64,000 bases of DNA from the human T2T-CHM13v2.0 reference genome, Homo sapiens. Location: NCBI RefSeq assembly GCF_009914755.1, contig NC_060937.1, one strand, 5' to 3'. The notes under the pieces are model-generated. The model saw nothing but the letters and a program-made list of their open reading frames with translations, was not told the origin of the DNA and searched no databases. The translations under genes and the position numbers were made by a program. How positions within the stretch are numbered: the stretch's first letter is position 1; every line of letters begins with the position of its first letter. This document shows, piece by piece, positions 12,873 through 24,810 of this stretch.

Positions 12873-14443
12873 TGAGAGGTGACAGCGTGCTGGCAGCCCT
12901 CACTCGCTCTTGGTGCCTCCTCAGCCTTGGCGCCCACTCTAGCCACACTTGAGGAGCCCTTCAGCCCGCTGCTGCATTATGGGAGCCCCTTTCTGGGCTG
13001 GCCGAGGCCAGAGCCAGAGCCGGCTCCCTCAGCTTGCAGGAAGTGTGAAGGGAGAGGCACGGGAGGGAACTGGGGCTGCACACTGTGCTTGTGGGCCAGC
13101 GCGAATTCTGGGTTGGCATGGGCTAGGCAGGCCCCACACTCGGAGTGGCCAGCTGGCACCACCAGCCCCAGGCAGTGAGGGGCTTAGCACCCAGACCAGC
13201 AGCTGTGGAGGGTGCGTCCAGTCCCCCAGCAGTGCTGGCCCACCAGCATTGCACTCGAATTCTCGTTGGGCCTCAGCTGCCTCCCCATGGGGCAAGGCTC
13301 GGGACCAGCAGCCCGCCATGCCTGAGCCTCCCCCCTGCCATGGGCTCCTGTGCAGCCCGAGCCTCCCTGACAAGCGCTGCCCCCTGCTCCACAGCGCCCA
13401 GTCTCATCAACCACCCAAGGGCTGAGGAATGCGGGGGCATGGTGCGGGACTGGCGGGCAGCTCCACCTGCGGCCCCAGTGCGGGATCCACTGGGTGAAAC
13501 CAGCTGGGCTCCTGAGTGTAGTGGGGACTTGGAAAACTTTTATGTCTAGCTGAGGGATTGTAAATGCACCAATCAGCACTCTGTATCTAGCTCAAGGTTT
13601 GTAAACACACCAATCAGCGCTCTGTGTCTAGCTCAAGGTTTGTAAATGCACCAATCAGCACTCTATATCTAGCTAATCTGGTGGGGACTTGGAGAACCTT
13701 TATGTCTAGCTAAGGGATTGTAAATGCACCAATCAGCACTCTGTGTCTAGCTCAAGGTTTGTGAACACACCAATCAACGCCCTGTGTCTAGCTCAAGGTT
13801 TGTGAATGCACCAATCAGTGCTCTGTGTCTAGCTAATCTAGTGGGGACTCGGAGAACTTTTGTGTCTAGCTCAGGGATTGCAAATGCACCAATCAGCACC
13901 CTGTCAAAATGGGCCAATCAGCTCTCTGTAAAACAGATCAATCAGCTGTCTGTAAAATGGACCAATCAGCAGGATGTGGGTGGGGCCAGATAAAGGAATA
14001 AAAGCAGGCTGCCCAAGCCAGCAGTGGCAACCTGCTGGGGTCTGCTTCCACACTGTGGAAGCTTTGTTCTTTCGCTCTTTGCAATAACTCTTGCTGCTGC
14101 TCACTGTTTGGGGGCACACTGCCTTTATGAGCTGTAACACTCACTGCGAAGGTCTCCAGTTTCTCTCCTGAGGCCAGTGAGATCAAGAACCCACCAGGAG
14201 GAATGAGCAACTGCAGACGCACCACCTTAAGAGCTGTAACACTCACCGTGAAGGTCTGCAGCTTAACTCCTGAAGCCAGTGAGACCATGAACCCACCAGA
14301 AGGAAGAAACTCAGAACACATCCGAGCATCAGAAGGAACAAACTCTGGACACGCCGCCTTTAAGAACTGTAACTCTCACCGCAGGGGTCCACGGCTTCAT
14401 TCTTGAAGTCAGTGAGACCAAGAACCCACCAATTCTGGACACA
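12873..14443 (+). mobile_element. Full-length solo LTR12C-type (ERV9) LTR, 1571 bp
   Basis: Begins TGAGAGGTGACAGCGTGCTGGCAG, ends CCACCAATTCTGGACACA; 4-bp TSD GTAG at 12869-12872 and 14444-14447. Confidence 0.95.
13560..14010 (+). promoter_or_regulatory. LTR12 U3 enhancer/promoter with tandem CCAAT (NF-Y) boxes, GATA site and AATAAA TATA-like box
   Basis: Nine CCAATCA motifs between 13565 and 13970, AGATAA near 13988, GGAATAAAAG near 13995; architecture known for ERV9 LTRs; activity not shown. Confidence 0.75.
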
Positions 14444-15114
14444 GTAGCATATTGAATATACTCTCTGTGGTGGGTAGTATTGTCCATGGGCATCCATATG
14501 AGGGAGAAGGTAGCATATTGAATATACTCTCTGTGGTGGGTAGTATATTCTCCACAGGCATCCGCAAGTGAGGGAGAAGGTAGCATATTGAATATACTTT
14601 CTGTGGTTGGTAGTGTTGTCCATAGGCATCCACAAGTGAGGGAGAAGGCAGCATATTGAATATACTCTCTGATGGGTAATATTGTCCATGGGCATCCAAA
14701 AGTGAGGGAGAAAGCAGCATATTGAATATCCTCTCTGTGGTGGGTAGTATTGTCCATGGGCATCCACAAGTAAGGGAGCAGATAGCATATTAAATATCCT
14801 CTCTGTGGTGGGTAGTATTGTCCATGGGCATCCACAAGTGAGGGAGAAGGTAGCATATTGAATATACTCTCTGTGGTGGGTAGTATATTGTCCACAGGCA
14901 TCCACAAGTGAGGGAGAAGGCAGCATATTGAATATACTCTCTGTGGTGGATAGTATTGTCCACGGGCATCCGCAAGTGAGGGAGAAGGTAGCATATTGAA
15001 TATACTTTCTGATGGGTAGTATTGTCCATGGGCATCCACAAGTGAGGGAGAAGGTAGCATACTGAATATACTGTTTGTGGTGGGTAGTGTTGCTTACAAG
15101 CATCCACATGAGGG
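14444..15114. repeat. 68/70-bp minisatellite, right arm (about 10 units)
   Basis: Same unit resumes in register (GTAG-CATATTGAAT) after the LTR; last unit degenerate. Confidence 0.96.
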
Positions 15115-16108
15115 ATTTACTTCCCATAGAAATATTTTAGGAGGGAAGTTGTTGGGGTTTTTGAAATAGTGTTTATGTTTTAGTGCATGCCCTTTAAAAT
15201 ATCCCTCCTAGCAAAAATAAAATATAAAATAAAGTAAAATAAAATGTATAGAGATATATAGTCTCCATCAATGAACATGTAATTTGTGATTAATAAGTTG
15301 TTACTACAAATAAGAAAAAGTTGAGTAGTTTTAATGGTCCTAGTTCATATGCTGTGGTAAGCAAGGGTTAGAAGTTGAAGATCCTTTGAATAAAGCAGTG
15401 TTCTTCTTGTGTAGCCTCATCCTGGCGCTTACAGAAACCAAGCTTTCTTGATGAAGCTTCCTTCTAAGTGGGCATGGGAGAAGCAGGGCAGCTTACAGCT
15501 CTTCCTGAGCTGCAGCATCTGGTTGGGGACAGATTCTCAGCCTTCTGGAGTCCCTGTTGGATGCTGGCTCTTTGTTCTCAACACAGTCCCTGGTCACCCC
15601 ACCTGTGTTCCCCAGAATCCAGCTTTTAGTCTTGGTAACTTCACACTTCCCAAAGACAGAATCAGCTGTGGCTCCCCAGAGCAAGCTGACTTGCTTCTTA
15701 GAAACCCCAGAAATAAACAGTCTTTGAATCCCAAAATGGTGTACTTGGAGGGGCCTATAGCATTCAAATTTCATTCAAATCCAGAGCTTAAAGGAGTCTA
15801 GGTTACCCAGAAGCAGATGACAAACAGGAAAAACTGCTCTGTGAGCTGGTTATGCAAATATTCTTTCAGAAATATGGAGTTTCTGGAATGAAGGAAGAGG
15901 ATGACGGAATTAAGTCACGCGTGTGGTTAGCCCTGATTGCTAAGGGGAGCCATTCTCTGATATATAAATGACTTCCTGTCAAGGGAAAAATCAATGTCTT
16001 CCAGGGAGGGAGGAGGCGGGAAGTCTCAGTCTAGCAAAGACCACAGCTTGTGCCTGTAGCTGTTTTTAGTTCTCTGAGCCTTTATTTTGCTCAACTCTAA
16101 CACCAGTG

Positions 16109-16163
16109 TTAGCCACCCGCTAACCCCACTCTTAGCCACCCACTAACCCCACTCTTAGCCACC
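16109..16163. repeat. 23-bp tandem repeat, about 2.4 copies
   Basis: TTAGCCACCCRCTAACCCCACTC repeated. Confidence 0.9.
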
Positions 16164-16907
16164 AGCTGCAGTCTTCCTAGGGGAAGGCTCCTCTTCCTAT
16201 GGGTTGGGTGAGTAACCACAGTGGGCTCCTGATTCTAAGCTGCCCCTCATTCCTGTGTTGTCTCCACCATTTTCTTCCTCAGCCTGGAAGTTGACACTTG
16301 TAATTTGCCCTTAGGCCCTCGTTAGGAGTAGCTCACCTGGGGCCATGGACCACAGCTAAGCCCAGGGATAGAACTGTACTTTCAGGTAATAGGTTTTAAT
16401 TGTAATCCTATGTATTTTATTTTATTTATTTTACACACTGATAAAAATTGCTCTAAGAAAGATTCTATTGACTTCCTCAGACTAACAAAAGTGCTCACGG
16501 CCCAGAAAAGGTTGCTTCTTCCTGGCAGTGGACCTGCTGCCACCGCTTCAGTGACTCTGGTGTCCTTCCACCCTGGGACCAGGTTTCATTCATAACAAAC
16601 CTGTGCCTTTGTCAGCACAGGTTTGTAGCCCGGATGACATCTGCCATCCTCCACAATGGAGCTCAAATGCCACTAAAACGCTTATTTCCAGACTTTGTCC
16701 GTATTTCATTTTTACCCGTTGTTTTCATGTTCCTTTTTTCATCAATAATGAAAAGTCCTGGGCCCTTGTGTCCTGGGTCCTATCTAATTCATCTTTGCAT
16801 CCCAGCCGTTGTCTGACAGAAATGAAATTTTCAATCAAAGTTTGACGAATGTTTGAATGATGATGAATCTTGTGGCACAAGAGCCTGCTTTCCTTTCTTC
16901 CTATCAG

Positions 16908-16996
16908 GGCACCAGCGGCCCTGCAGCTGCAAGTGCCACCTCCAGCCAAGCTGTGTTTCTGGGTACCCCTGGGAGTTCCTGGTGGGCCCAAGTAAG
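16908..16996 (+). other. Candidate spliced exon (89 nt)
   Basis: Acceptor CTGCTTTCCTTTCTTCCTATCAG|G and donor AAG|GTAAGA; no transcript evidence. Confidence 0.35.
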
Positions 16997-17327
16997 GTAA
17001 GACAGAGAAGAAAAAAATGGCATGGGAGAAGAAGAAGAAAGAAGGAGATAGAGAAACAGGAAAGAGAGAAGAAAAGGGAGAGAGGAAGAAATTGTGGAGT
17101 GGAGGGCTGCCCTGTTCTCCACCTCAGGGACATAAGTAAGCTGCCTGTACAGGTTCACAGAAAAATGGATTTGATTCCAGAGCCCTTCCTCATTGTGTGT
17201 ATTTGCACTATCATGTTGTGTAGTTTTTAAGAACCCATAAAGAAAAGCAAAACCTTGTGGGCCTGTAATGATCTCTACAGAATGTCAGATAAAAAGATGA
17301 GTTCAATTCTACTATATTTAAAAAGCC

Positions 17328-17473
17328 AGCAGGATGCAGTGGCTCACACCTGTATTCCCAACACTTTGGGAGTTCTCTTGAGCCCAGGAGTTCAAGGCTG
17401 CTGTGAGCCATGATTTCACCACTGCACTCCAGTGCAGATGACAGAGAGAGACCTTCTTATCTCTTAAACAACC
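17328..17473 (+). mobile_element. Old Alu monomer or deleted AluJ (FLAM/FRAM-like)
   Basis: GCAGTGGCTCACACCTGTA...TTGAGCCCAGGAGTTCAAGGCTG...CCACTGCACTCCAG; flanking AAAAAGCCA repeats. Confidence 0.8.
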
Positions 17474-17787
17474 AAAAAGCCATCAACATAAATGTTGTTA
17501 ACAGTGTGCTGTGGTCCATACCATCCTCTCTCTCTCTCTGAGATGTCTCTACATTCCAGTGGAGAGGGAAAATGAAATCTATTGTCAGCTAGGTCTGGGA
17601 CTGGTCTTCCCCAGAGGCAGGATGGCTATTTTGGCATAATTTAGACATTGACAGAAAGCTGATTTGGCCCCCTGAATATCTAGAGTTTTCTCTCTAGTCT
17701 GATATTATGCCAATTATGGTATACTATGACAAGTTCTTTTGGGTCTCAGAGTCACCTGCTAGTACATGGAGGAACATATTAAGCCTC

Positions 17788-17912
17788 TATCAGCCCATCT
17801 CATCACACCTAGTGCCTGGGTGTATGCCAGCGGGTCCTGTAGAATAGGTATCAGCCCATCTCATCACACCTAGTGCCTGGGTGTATGCCGGTGGGTCCTA
17901 TAGAATAGGTAT
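17788..17912. repeat. 61-bp tandem duplication
   Basis: TATCAGCCCATCTCATCACACCTAGTGCCTGGGTGTATGCC...AGAATAGG twice with three substitutions. Confidence 0.95.
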
Positions 17913-18667
17913 AGAACAGGGTTTTGGTTTTTGTTTATTTTATGAGGGGCTCTGGAGTAGGAGAGCCAGAGCATGGGGGGATGCTATCAAGGACAGCTCA
18001 GTGCCATAGGGTGAGAAAGCCTACGCCACCAAGTGATGCTGTGTGTCTCCTGAAGTCATAAGCGACAAGGTTTATGGGGAAACAGAGGAAATCACTCAAC
18101 TAAATATCATCTTCAATTTCCCTTAATTTCTGAAGTTTGGGAAATGCTGAGACCCATGACTTTTCAAATTACGCATGGTCTTTTTAAGTTAAAAAAGGGA
18201 AGTGGGTCAATGAATTAGAAGGGAAAAATAAGACAGTCTTCTCCCTTCTTCTATGTGGCAGGCAGGGGTGGCAGGGAGTTACTTCTGTAACTCGAAAGGC
18301 TTCTGACTTTTTAAAAGGAAATTGTTGTCATTGTTAATCAGGGCAGGGTCTTCTTGCCCTTTCTTGTAGAATAGCTTGGGTTTGAATTTTGGCTTTAGCC
18401 CAAAGTTTCTGGGTTACGATTGCACACAGCAGGCTTGTGAGTGCGGGTGTCAAGAAGGAGGTGGGATTTTCATAAATCCACTCTCTCAGCTCTCAACTTT
18501 GTGAAAGTGCCATTACTACCAGAAGTACTTCTCTATCTGCTCAGGTCTTCCTGCTCTACAAATCTCAACAGACAATGATGAATCATCCCTGAAGACTGCT
18601 CCGCATCATACATTTATCTGTGTTTCTCAGTCCTGGGTTGACATTTTCCTTCTCTCTCTCTGTCCCA

Positions 18668-18770
18668 GGATGTCTCAAGCTCAGCACTATTGACATTTTT
18701 GGTTGCATAATTCCTGGTCACAGGGGGCTTTCCTGTGTCTTGTAGGATATTCTAACAGCATCTGGGCTTA
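18668..18770. mobile_element. MER20 (hAT) fragment
   Basis: CTCAAGCTCAGCACTATTGACATTTTTGG...TGTAGGAT...AACAGCATC. Confidence 0.7.
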
Positions 18771-21214
18771 CATAAAGCACAAAAAGGGCCTGAAGCTCTG
18801 AAGGTTGGGGAAAGCACACTCAAAATCCAGAGCCTGGTCAGTGAGGCTCAGGCCTTCCCTGAGTCTTTGTCCACAATATCAAGAAACCGCAATGAAGACT
18901 CAAAAACTATGGACTATCTGCTGTGACATCTGCCTCTGAATTGTTAGATATTAGCAAAATAATATGGCTTTTGCTGGCACTTCAGATGCTGGTGGGCTAT
19001 CACGTGGAATGATTATGAATTTCTGTAAAGAGCCAAGCCAGCTGAGGCTTGGTGGGTGGACTGTTAGGAAGCGTGGCTGGGTCCATTAGCCGGGTGTTTC
19101 AGTAGACGAAGCTCTGGGACGTGACACTGAAGTCAGCAGGCCCAGGAAGCTCACCACACGTCTTGAAACTGCAGCCTGTGGCACAAAAGTAAAATGGGAA
19201 TAGATTAGTCTTTTGGGAGCTAATCTCCCAGTTGAAATGCAATAGAACTTACAGCAAGTGACAACTTTCTAAATTATTTTCTTATGCCTCATGCCGTTCT
19301 TTTGTCTCTATTTTTAGTGTTTCCACCTACTAACTTCATTCTTTCTCCCGCTATTTCTAATACATCGCCAATGATGTATTTTCAATAAGAATTCAATTAC
19401 CTGGAGAGGCAGATGTGCTAACTGGCAATCTGAGGGTTTTTCTGCAAGTTGATTGCAAAGCTGACTTAAGGTTCTAGCCCTGCTGCTGTCAGGAGAGACT
19501 CACTGTCAACAAGCTGTTAAAAATGAAACTTCATAATGAGGGAGAATGTATGGAACATCAAGTAATCTCCTTGTTCTTACCAATTGCCTCATTTAATTGG
19601 CACTGTTTTATTGAATTTTTAATAAGTGAAGTGAGATTTTAATGTAATCCCATCTACTTTAGACCTAATTCAACATATTAATTTATTACGAATCTTTGTT
19701 TTTTATGAAGTTATGCATTGAAAAGTTTCCCAAATTGCCAGTTATTTGTAAACTTTAAAAAACTTCTCCAAAGTAGTTTTGTCATTTGTAATAGTGCAAA
19801 AAGCAACGCAAAACCACACAAGAGCATTTTGTTGACTGTCGCCGCAGTTAAGGTACTGAGTGTTGTTAAGGGAATGTATGTTTATATTTGCTAAATTTTC
19901 ATGAACTTGGTAATTGAGCCATGATTATATTAACCCTTTAGATTGATAGAACTATGGCAATAACTATGTAGTCCTGTGATAGGCCTGGACGTTGAAAAGG
20001 TGAGTGGCTGATTTCATTTAATTGTGTGATCTGAAGTGGGTCTCATTATAAACCATACACCTGATTTGAGTCATACAATGTAACTTTTAGTGAAAGTTGT
20101 AAAGGTTTTCCTGAAAAAATGCTGAAGGTGCTTTTGCCTAGTAACCGTATTCTGATTATTGTATTTCAGGGCACTCAGGGAATTAGCAGCTTCTCAGATA
20201 GAGCACGTAACGAGCTACCAGTGTGTAAAGTCCCCACTATTTTAACAAGGAGACACTAAAACCAGAAAGACATTTCCAGTCGCCTAGATCCCGAAAAGTA
20301 CATAAAAATAACCTCAGGACATTTAGTGGAACCCATGAATAGCTTTCAGTAAAATGCACAATTCATGTGTCTATAATTTTCTAAAAATTTGGTTCTAAAT
20401 ACCTCTTAAATTTCATAAATAATATATGTTAATTTTTTAAAATATTAGACAATAAGCATAGAGAAATAAAAAGTTAACTTGTAACTTTATACCCAGAGGA
20501 AATTACTGTTGATATTTTGTTGTATAATCAGAGACATTTCTATTTTGTACAATATTGTGAAAAAAAAAACTGTTCATAATATTTTAAAATAAATTTTCTA
20601 GTGAATAATGTAACTAACAAGCACATTATTAGCAGCAGCATTGATTAATGGCTGCAGAGCATCTTTTGGTATGGGTCTACTGAAATGTATTTAACCAATC
20701 CTCAAAGTTGGTTATTTAATTTATTTTTAATATTTCTGCTACCATAAATAACGCTGTGCTGAGCACTTGCACTTCAGGTTTTCTGTGCTTCTTCACTGCG
20801 GTCTTACGATAAATATCTAGAGCGAAAGGGAATTTACACGGCTAAAAAATGACTCCTAGAGAACTTCAGAATCTCCCAGACAGCCTATTCAATTCTTTCT
20901 ATGGTTCAACAAATGGAATAATATTTCAACAGGCACTTCACAGAAGAGATGAACAAAATGGAAAAAAAGAAAGAGAATGAAGTATGCGCTTACTCCCGAA
21001 TCCAGAGCAGCAGTCTCACTGGTGCAGACACGTCCCTGAGGGTAGATGTTACTTATGGGGGATCTGGCGTCAGCGGCTGTCCTGGACCCTGGCCACACTA
21101 TGCCGTCCTCATCGTTCCTGCTCCAGGAAGAGAAACAACACTGCTGAGTTGCTGCTGGGCGCATGGCCCTGGCATCGTGGCCTCCATATGTCGGTTATTT
21201 ACAGGGTTTTCCCT

Positions 21215-21400
21215 GCTGCACTGGTTTCCCGTGGTGGCACAACAAATACTACAAATTTAACATCTTAAAAAAAACAGCAGTTTCCCCTCTCCAGGTGCCG
21301 GGGGCTGGAAGTGTGGAGTCAGGCCCAGCAGGGCCGTGCTCGCTCTCGAGGCTCCAGAGGAGAGCCCTTCCTTGCCTCTTCCAGATTCTGGTGGCTCAGA
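21215..21400 (-). mobile_element. MLT1 fragment
   Basis: AACAAATACTACAAA...GGCTGGAAGT...GGAGAGCCCTTCCTTGCCTCTTCCAG. Confidence 0.65.
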
Positions 21401-21699
21401 GCTCTGTTTGGTTATTTTTTACAGTTTCTATTTCTCTGATGATATAGTCAATCTTTCCACTCATGTGAAGGGCACTTACCTTCATCTCACTGAGCACAAT
21501 TATGCGAGCGTTGCTTCAGAGTCTTTTGGGGATAACTTTGACATTGGGTCTTCTCAGGCTTGGGATCTTCTCTCTTGAGAACTGGTCACATTTTCCTGGT
21601 GATTTATATGTCAATTAATTTTGAATTGCATCATGGTCATTTTCGACATGATTTTGTGTAAGCTCTGGGTCTTCATTTTAAAGTATAAGTTTTATTATT

Positions 21700-22228
21700 A
21701 TCCAGGTATGGTGAGGCCACCAAAGGAAGTCACAATTGCCATCCAAAATATAATTTGCTGTTCACAGCTCTCAAGAGGTGGGGTGTGCCTCGACATGCAG
21801 GGACACCATGAAAGCACAAGGGTTGGTCATGGACAGAAGGAAGGGGAGGAGAAGGTGGCAGGCACCTTCATCATGGGATCTGCAGGAAGGAATGGGCAAG
21901 GCAGCGTATGCTGGCTTAGGACTGGCCAGTTTGAATGCTTTCAGCAGGCTCTGGGTTGGGGGCCACCTGAGTTGTTGGGCACCTGGCCCTGAGACGATCA
22001 GGGAAGGGGCATATGTGTTTGGTGCTCAAGGGCCAGACAGGGGAGGTGGGGGTGGGCTGACTCCAGCTTGGTTGGTTTCCCCTGAAGGCTGGGCTGACAG
22101 GTGAGTTGTTTGCTATCTCTAGGAATCAGTTAACCCTGGGAGGGGTAGTCTGTCCCAGGTCAGCAAGGCCCCAGATGCCAAGGCATCAAGAACACAGAAT
22201 ATAAGAAACTAGAAGGAATGCAGCCTTG
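21700..22228 (-). mobile_element. MER74-like ERVL LTR
   Basis: CTATCTCTAGGAAT...CCCTGGGAGGGG...GGTCAGCAAGGCCCCAGATG...GCATCAAGAA is the reverse of the recalled MER74/MER54-group 5' end. Confidence 0.7.
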
Positions 22229-22611
22229 TTAAAAACCCCTCGGGGAATGTTGTTTATTTTTTCCCCGCAGGCAAACCCATGTGGCTTGGCTCAGAGGGCA
22301 AGTTCTGTCTCCCTGTGCGTGGGCGGATCCCAAGGCCTTTGCTAAGCTGCCCTGGTGGCTCTGATTTTGTCCTGTGCACAAACAGCTGGGGGGGGGAGGT
22401 GGGGACCAGGACTGTGGGGGTGCTACACACAGAGCCAGACAAGCCCATTCTGCAGCTCTCTCCTCTAAGGGCTCCCCCCACCTCCCTAGCTTACAGGGGC
22501 TCCTTCTCCTGATCCTTTGGCCAGAAGGCAGGGGTTTCTTTTAAAGTCCTTGCCCTGAGGCACCACACAGATGTGGCTCTATAACTGGTGCCACCTAAAG
22601 GGAAACATGAC

Positions 22612-22845
22612 AAGAAGAGAGAGAGAAGGAGGGAGAGGGAGAAGGAGGAAGATAGAGGGAAAGGAAGTTGGGGAGGGAGAGTAGGGAGAGAAAGGGGAGA
22701 GAAGAGAAAGGGAGGAGGGAAAAGAAGTGGGGAGGGAAAAAGAGAGGGACAGAAGAGGTGGGGAAAGAGGGGCAAGAGGAAGGAGACAGGAAAAGCGGAG
22801 CAGAGGAGGGAGGAAGAGGGGCGGGAGAGACGGGGATTGAGAGAA
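22612..22845. repeat. GA-rich low-complexity polypurine tract
   Basis: About 230 bp almost entirely A and G. Confidence 0.92.
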
Positions 22846-23012
22846 CACACAGAATTTCTTCCCCCCATGCTTTGAAGACAGGATCCTTTTTTCTTCTGGC
22901 CACAGACACTGGATTTCTCCTGGGATTTAGCTGCTTGTGCCACCACAGCTGGCGCTCCACTGGGGAGAGCCAAAAAACAAAAAAACTAACCCCTCAAAGG
23001 AAGCACTTCCTT

Positions 23013-23355
23013 TATATGGACTGAATCGTGTCCCCCTTGAGACTCACAAAATGAAGCCCCAGCCCCAGTATCTGAGAGTGTGACTGTATTTGGAAACAGC
23101 AGCTTTAAAGACGTGATTGAGGTAACATGAGGCCATCAGGGGCCGCAATCTGGCCTGTGCCCTGATAGGAAGAGGAGACTGGAACAGGACACACATACTG
23201 CAGGAGGCACAGAGCGAAGACGCCACCTGCAAGCCAGGGCCAGAAGCCTTGGAAGAAGCACCTGCACACCTGAATCTTGGACTCCAGTTTTCAACACCGT
23301 GAGAGAGTAAATTTCCATTGCCAGCCAGTCTGTGGCCATCTGCAATGACTCTAGC
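23013..23355 (+). mobile_element. MLT1B/C LTR
   Basis: TATGGACTGAATCGTGTCCCC...GTGACTGTATTTGGAAA...ATCTTGGACT..CAG...TAAATTTC. Confidence 0.75.
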
Positions 23356-24597
23356 ACGTTAATATACCCATCTAAGGGTTGCCTCCCCGAGTTTTTATTC
23401 TCTTCCCAGTCTGTCTGCTTTTGTGGATGTCTGGAGCTCTTGAGCAGTTGCTTTCTGATTTTGCCCAGAGCTTTCAGTTGCAATCAGCGAGAAAGAAGCT
23501 GCAGGAACTTGTTTCATCTTGACCATTCATACATATTGAACTGATGTGTTTGTTACATTCTACCGTCTCTTGAGTGTAATCAAATAAAAGAGCATCTGAT
23601 GTAATAGGAAAATAGAGCAGGCTTTGCTAACCAGCTCATCCTCCCTCCGCAGACACCACACAGAACGTTGGTTCCTGGAGGCTCCAATCCATGTTGAGGA
23701 TTGGCATAATGGGAACGGAATGATCTTGGGTCATAGGTTTTGCTTTTTTTTTTTTTTTTTTTGCTTCTATTCAGAAAAAATTATACTTTAGAATTCTGAT
23801 TAAAAATCTGAGAAATGAAATGAGCATGCCTTTTAAAAAATGTTTCACAAGAACATTGCAGTTTTATTCTAGAAGTTGTAGCAGGGAGATTTTGGCTTCA
23901 TGTAATAGAAAGCCCAATGAGAATAAGATTAAACACTAAGGGAAATGGGTTTGCTGCATGTAAGGAAATCTAGAAGTGGGCATGGCCTGGACTGGCTAAT
24001 CCAGGGGATTAGCCAACTCTCTTACCTGGGGAAAGTTGCGGATATTTTCCATGTAAATTCTCCTGAGTCCTGCAGCCTCAGTGAGAAAGTGTGCATGTGT
24101 GTACTCACGTGTGTGTGTGTGTGTGTAATGTGATGTGGGGGCTTTGGACAATCCATTCTCTTCTGTGCAGAGGTGAACTTTCACTTTGGAGAAACTGAAC
24201 AACTGTCTGAGTGAGAGCACACTCTTATCATCCTGTGTGATCAGTGGCACTTTGCTAATGATCCAAGAAGTGAGAGACAACAGGTGGAGCAGAAATTAGA
24301 GTCCACCAGGCCATATTACTCCCACTGGGGAGGGCTGCACCCAGTGATACACTGAAAAACCTGTAACACGTCACTCCCTGAAAAAGGCTGTGCTTTGTAG
24401 CATTTGTCAATTTCCGTGGTCTAAATATTGACCCACTTTTTGTTCCCAACACAATGTCCCTAAAAATGGCGATGGGAAGCTTTGCACCCCAGGCTCTTAT
24501 GAGCCGGCACGAGCTGGCTCCAGCACACCACTGGTTTCCACTTGAAATAGTGAGAATATCTAGTTTTTATTGAGAACGTGGCTGTGCACAGCCTAGA

Positions 24598-24810
24598 ACA
24601 GGATTTCTCAGCCTCACTTCTACAGGCCTTCTGGGCTGGCACATCCTCTGTTATGAGGCCTCACTGTCCATGGTAAGATGTTTGGCAGCATCCCTGGCCT
24701 TTACCCACCATGGGCCAGTAGTATTCTCCCAGTTGTGACAACTAAAATATCTTCAAGCTTTGTCAAATGTCCCCTGTGGGCAAAATTGTGCCCGTTGGAG
24801 AACCACTGGC
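24598..24810. mobile_element. MER20 (hAT)
   Basis: GCAGCATCCCTGGCCT...CCAGTTGTGACAAC...AAATGTCCCCTG.GGGCAAAAT...TTGGAGAACCACTG. Confidence 0.8.

Noticed and set aside
12879-14406. Overlapping GC-rich ORFs
   Set aside because: Entirely within the LTR12 sequence
11982-15114. CRISPR-like appearance of the regular arrays here and at 29382, 43000 and 44867
   Set aside because: Units are contiguous with no unique spacers, there are no cas genes, and the DNA is primate
11767-15127. Long minus-strand ORFs of 145-327 aa
   Set aside because: They cycle through three peptide phases because the unit is 68/70 bp; repeat artefacts, apart from the Gypsy-like tail at 11767-11981
22491-23024. ORFs rich in Pro/Leu/Ser or Arg/Glu/Gly
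   Set aside because: Translation of the GA-rich low-complexity tract
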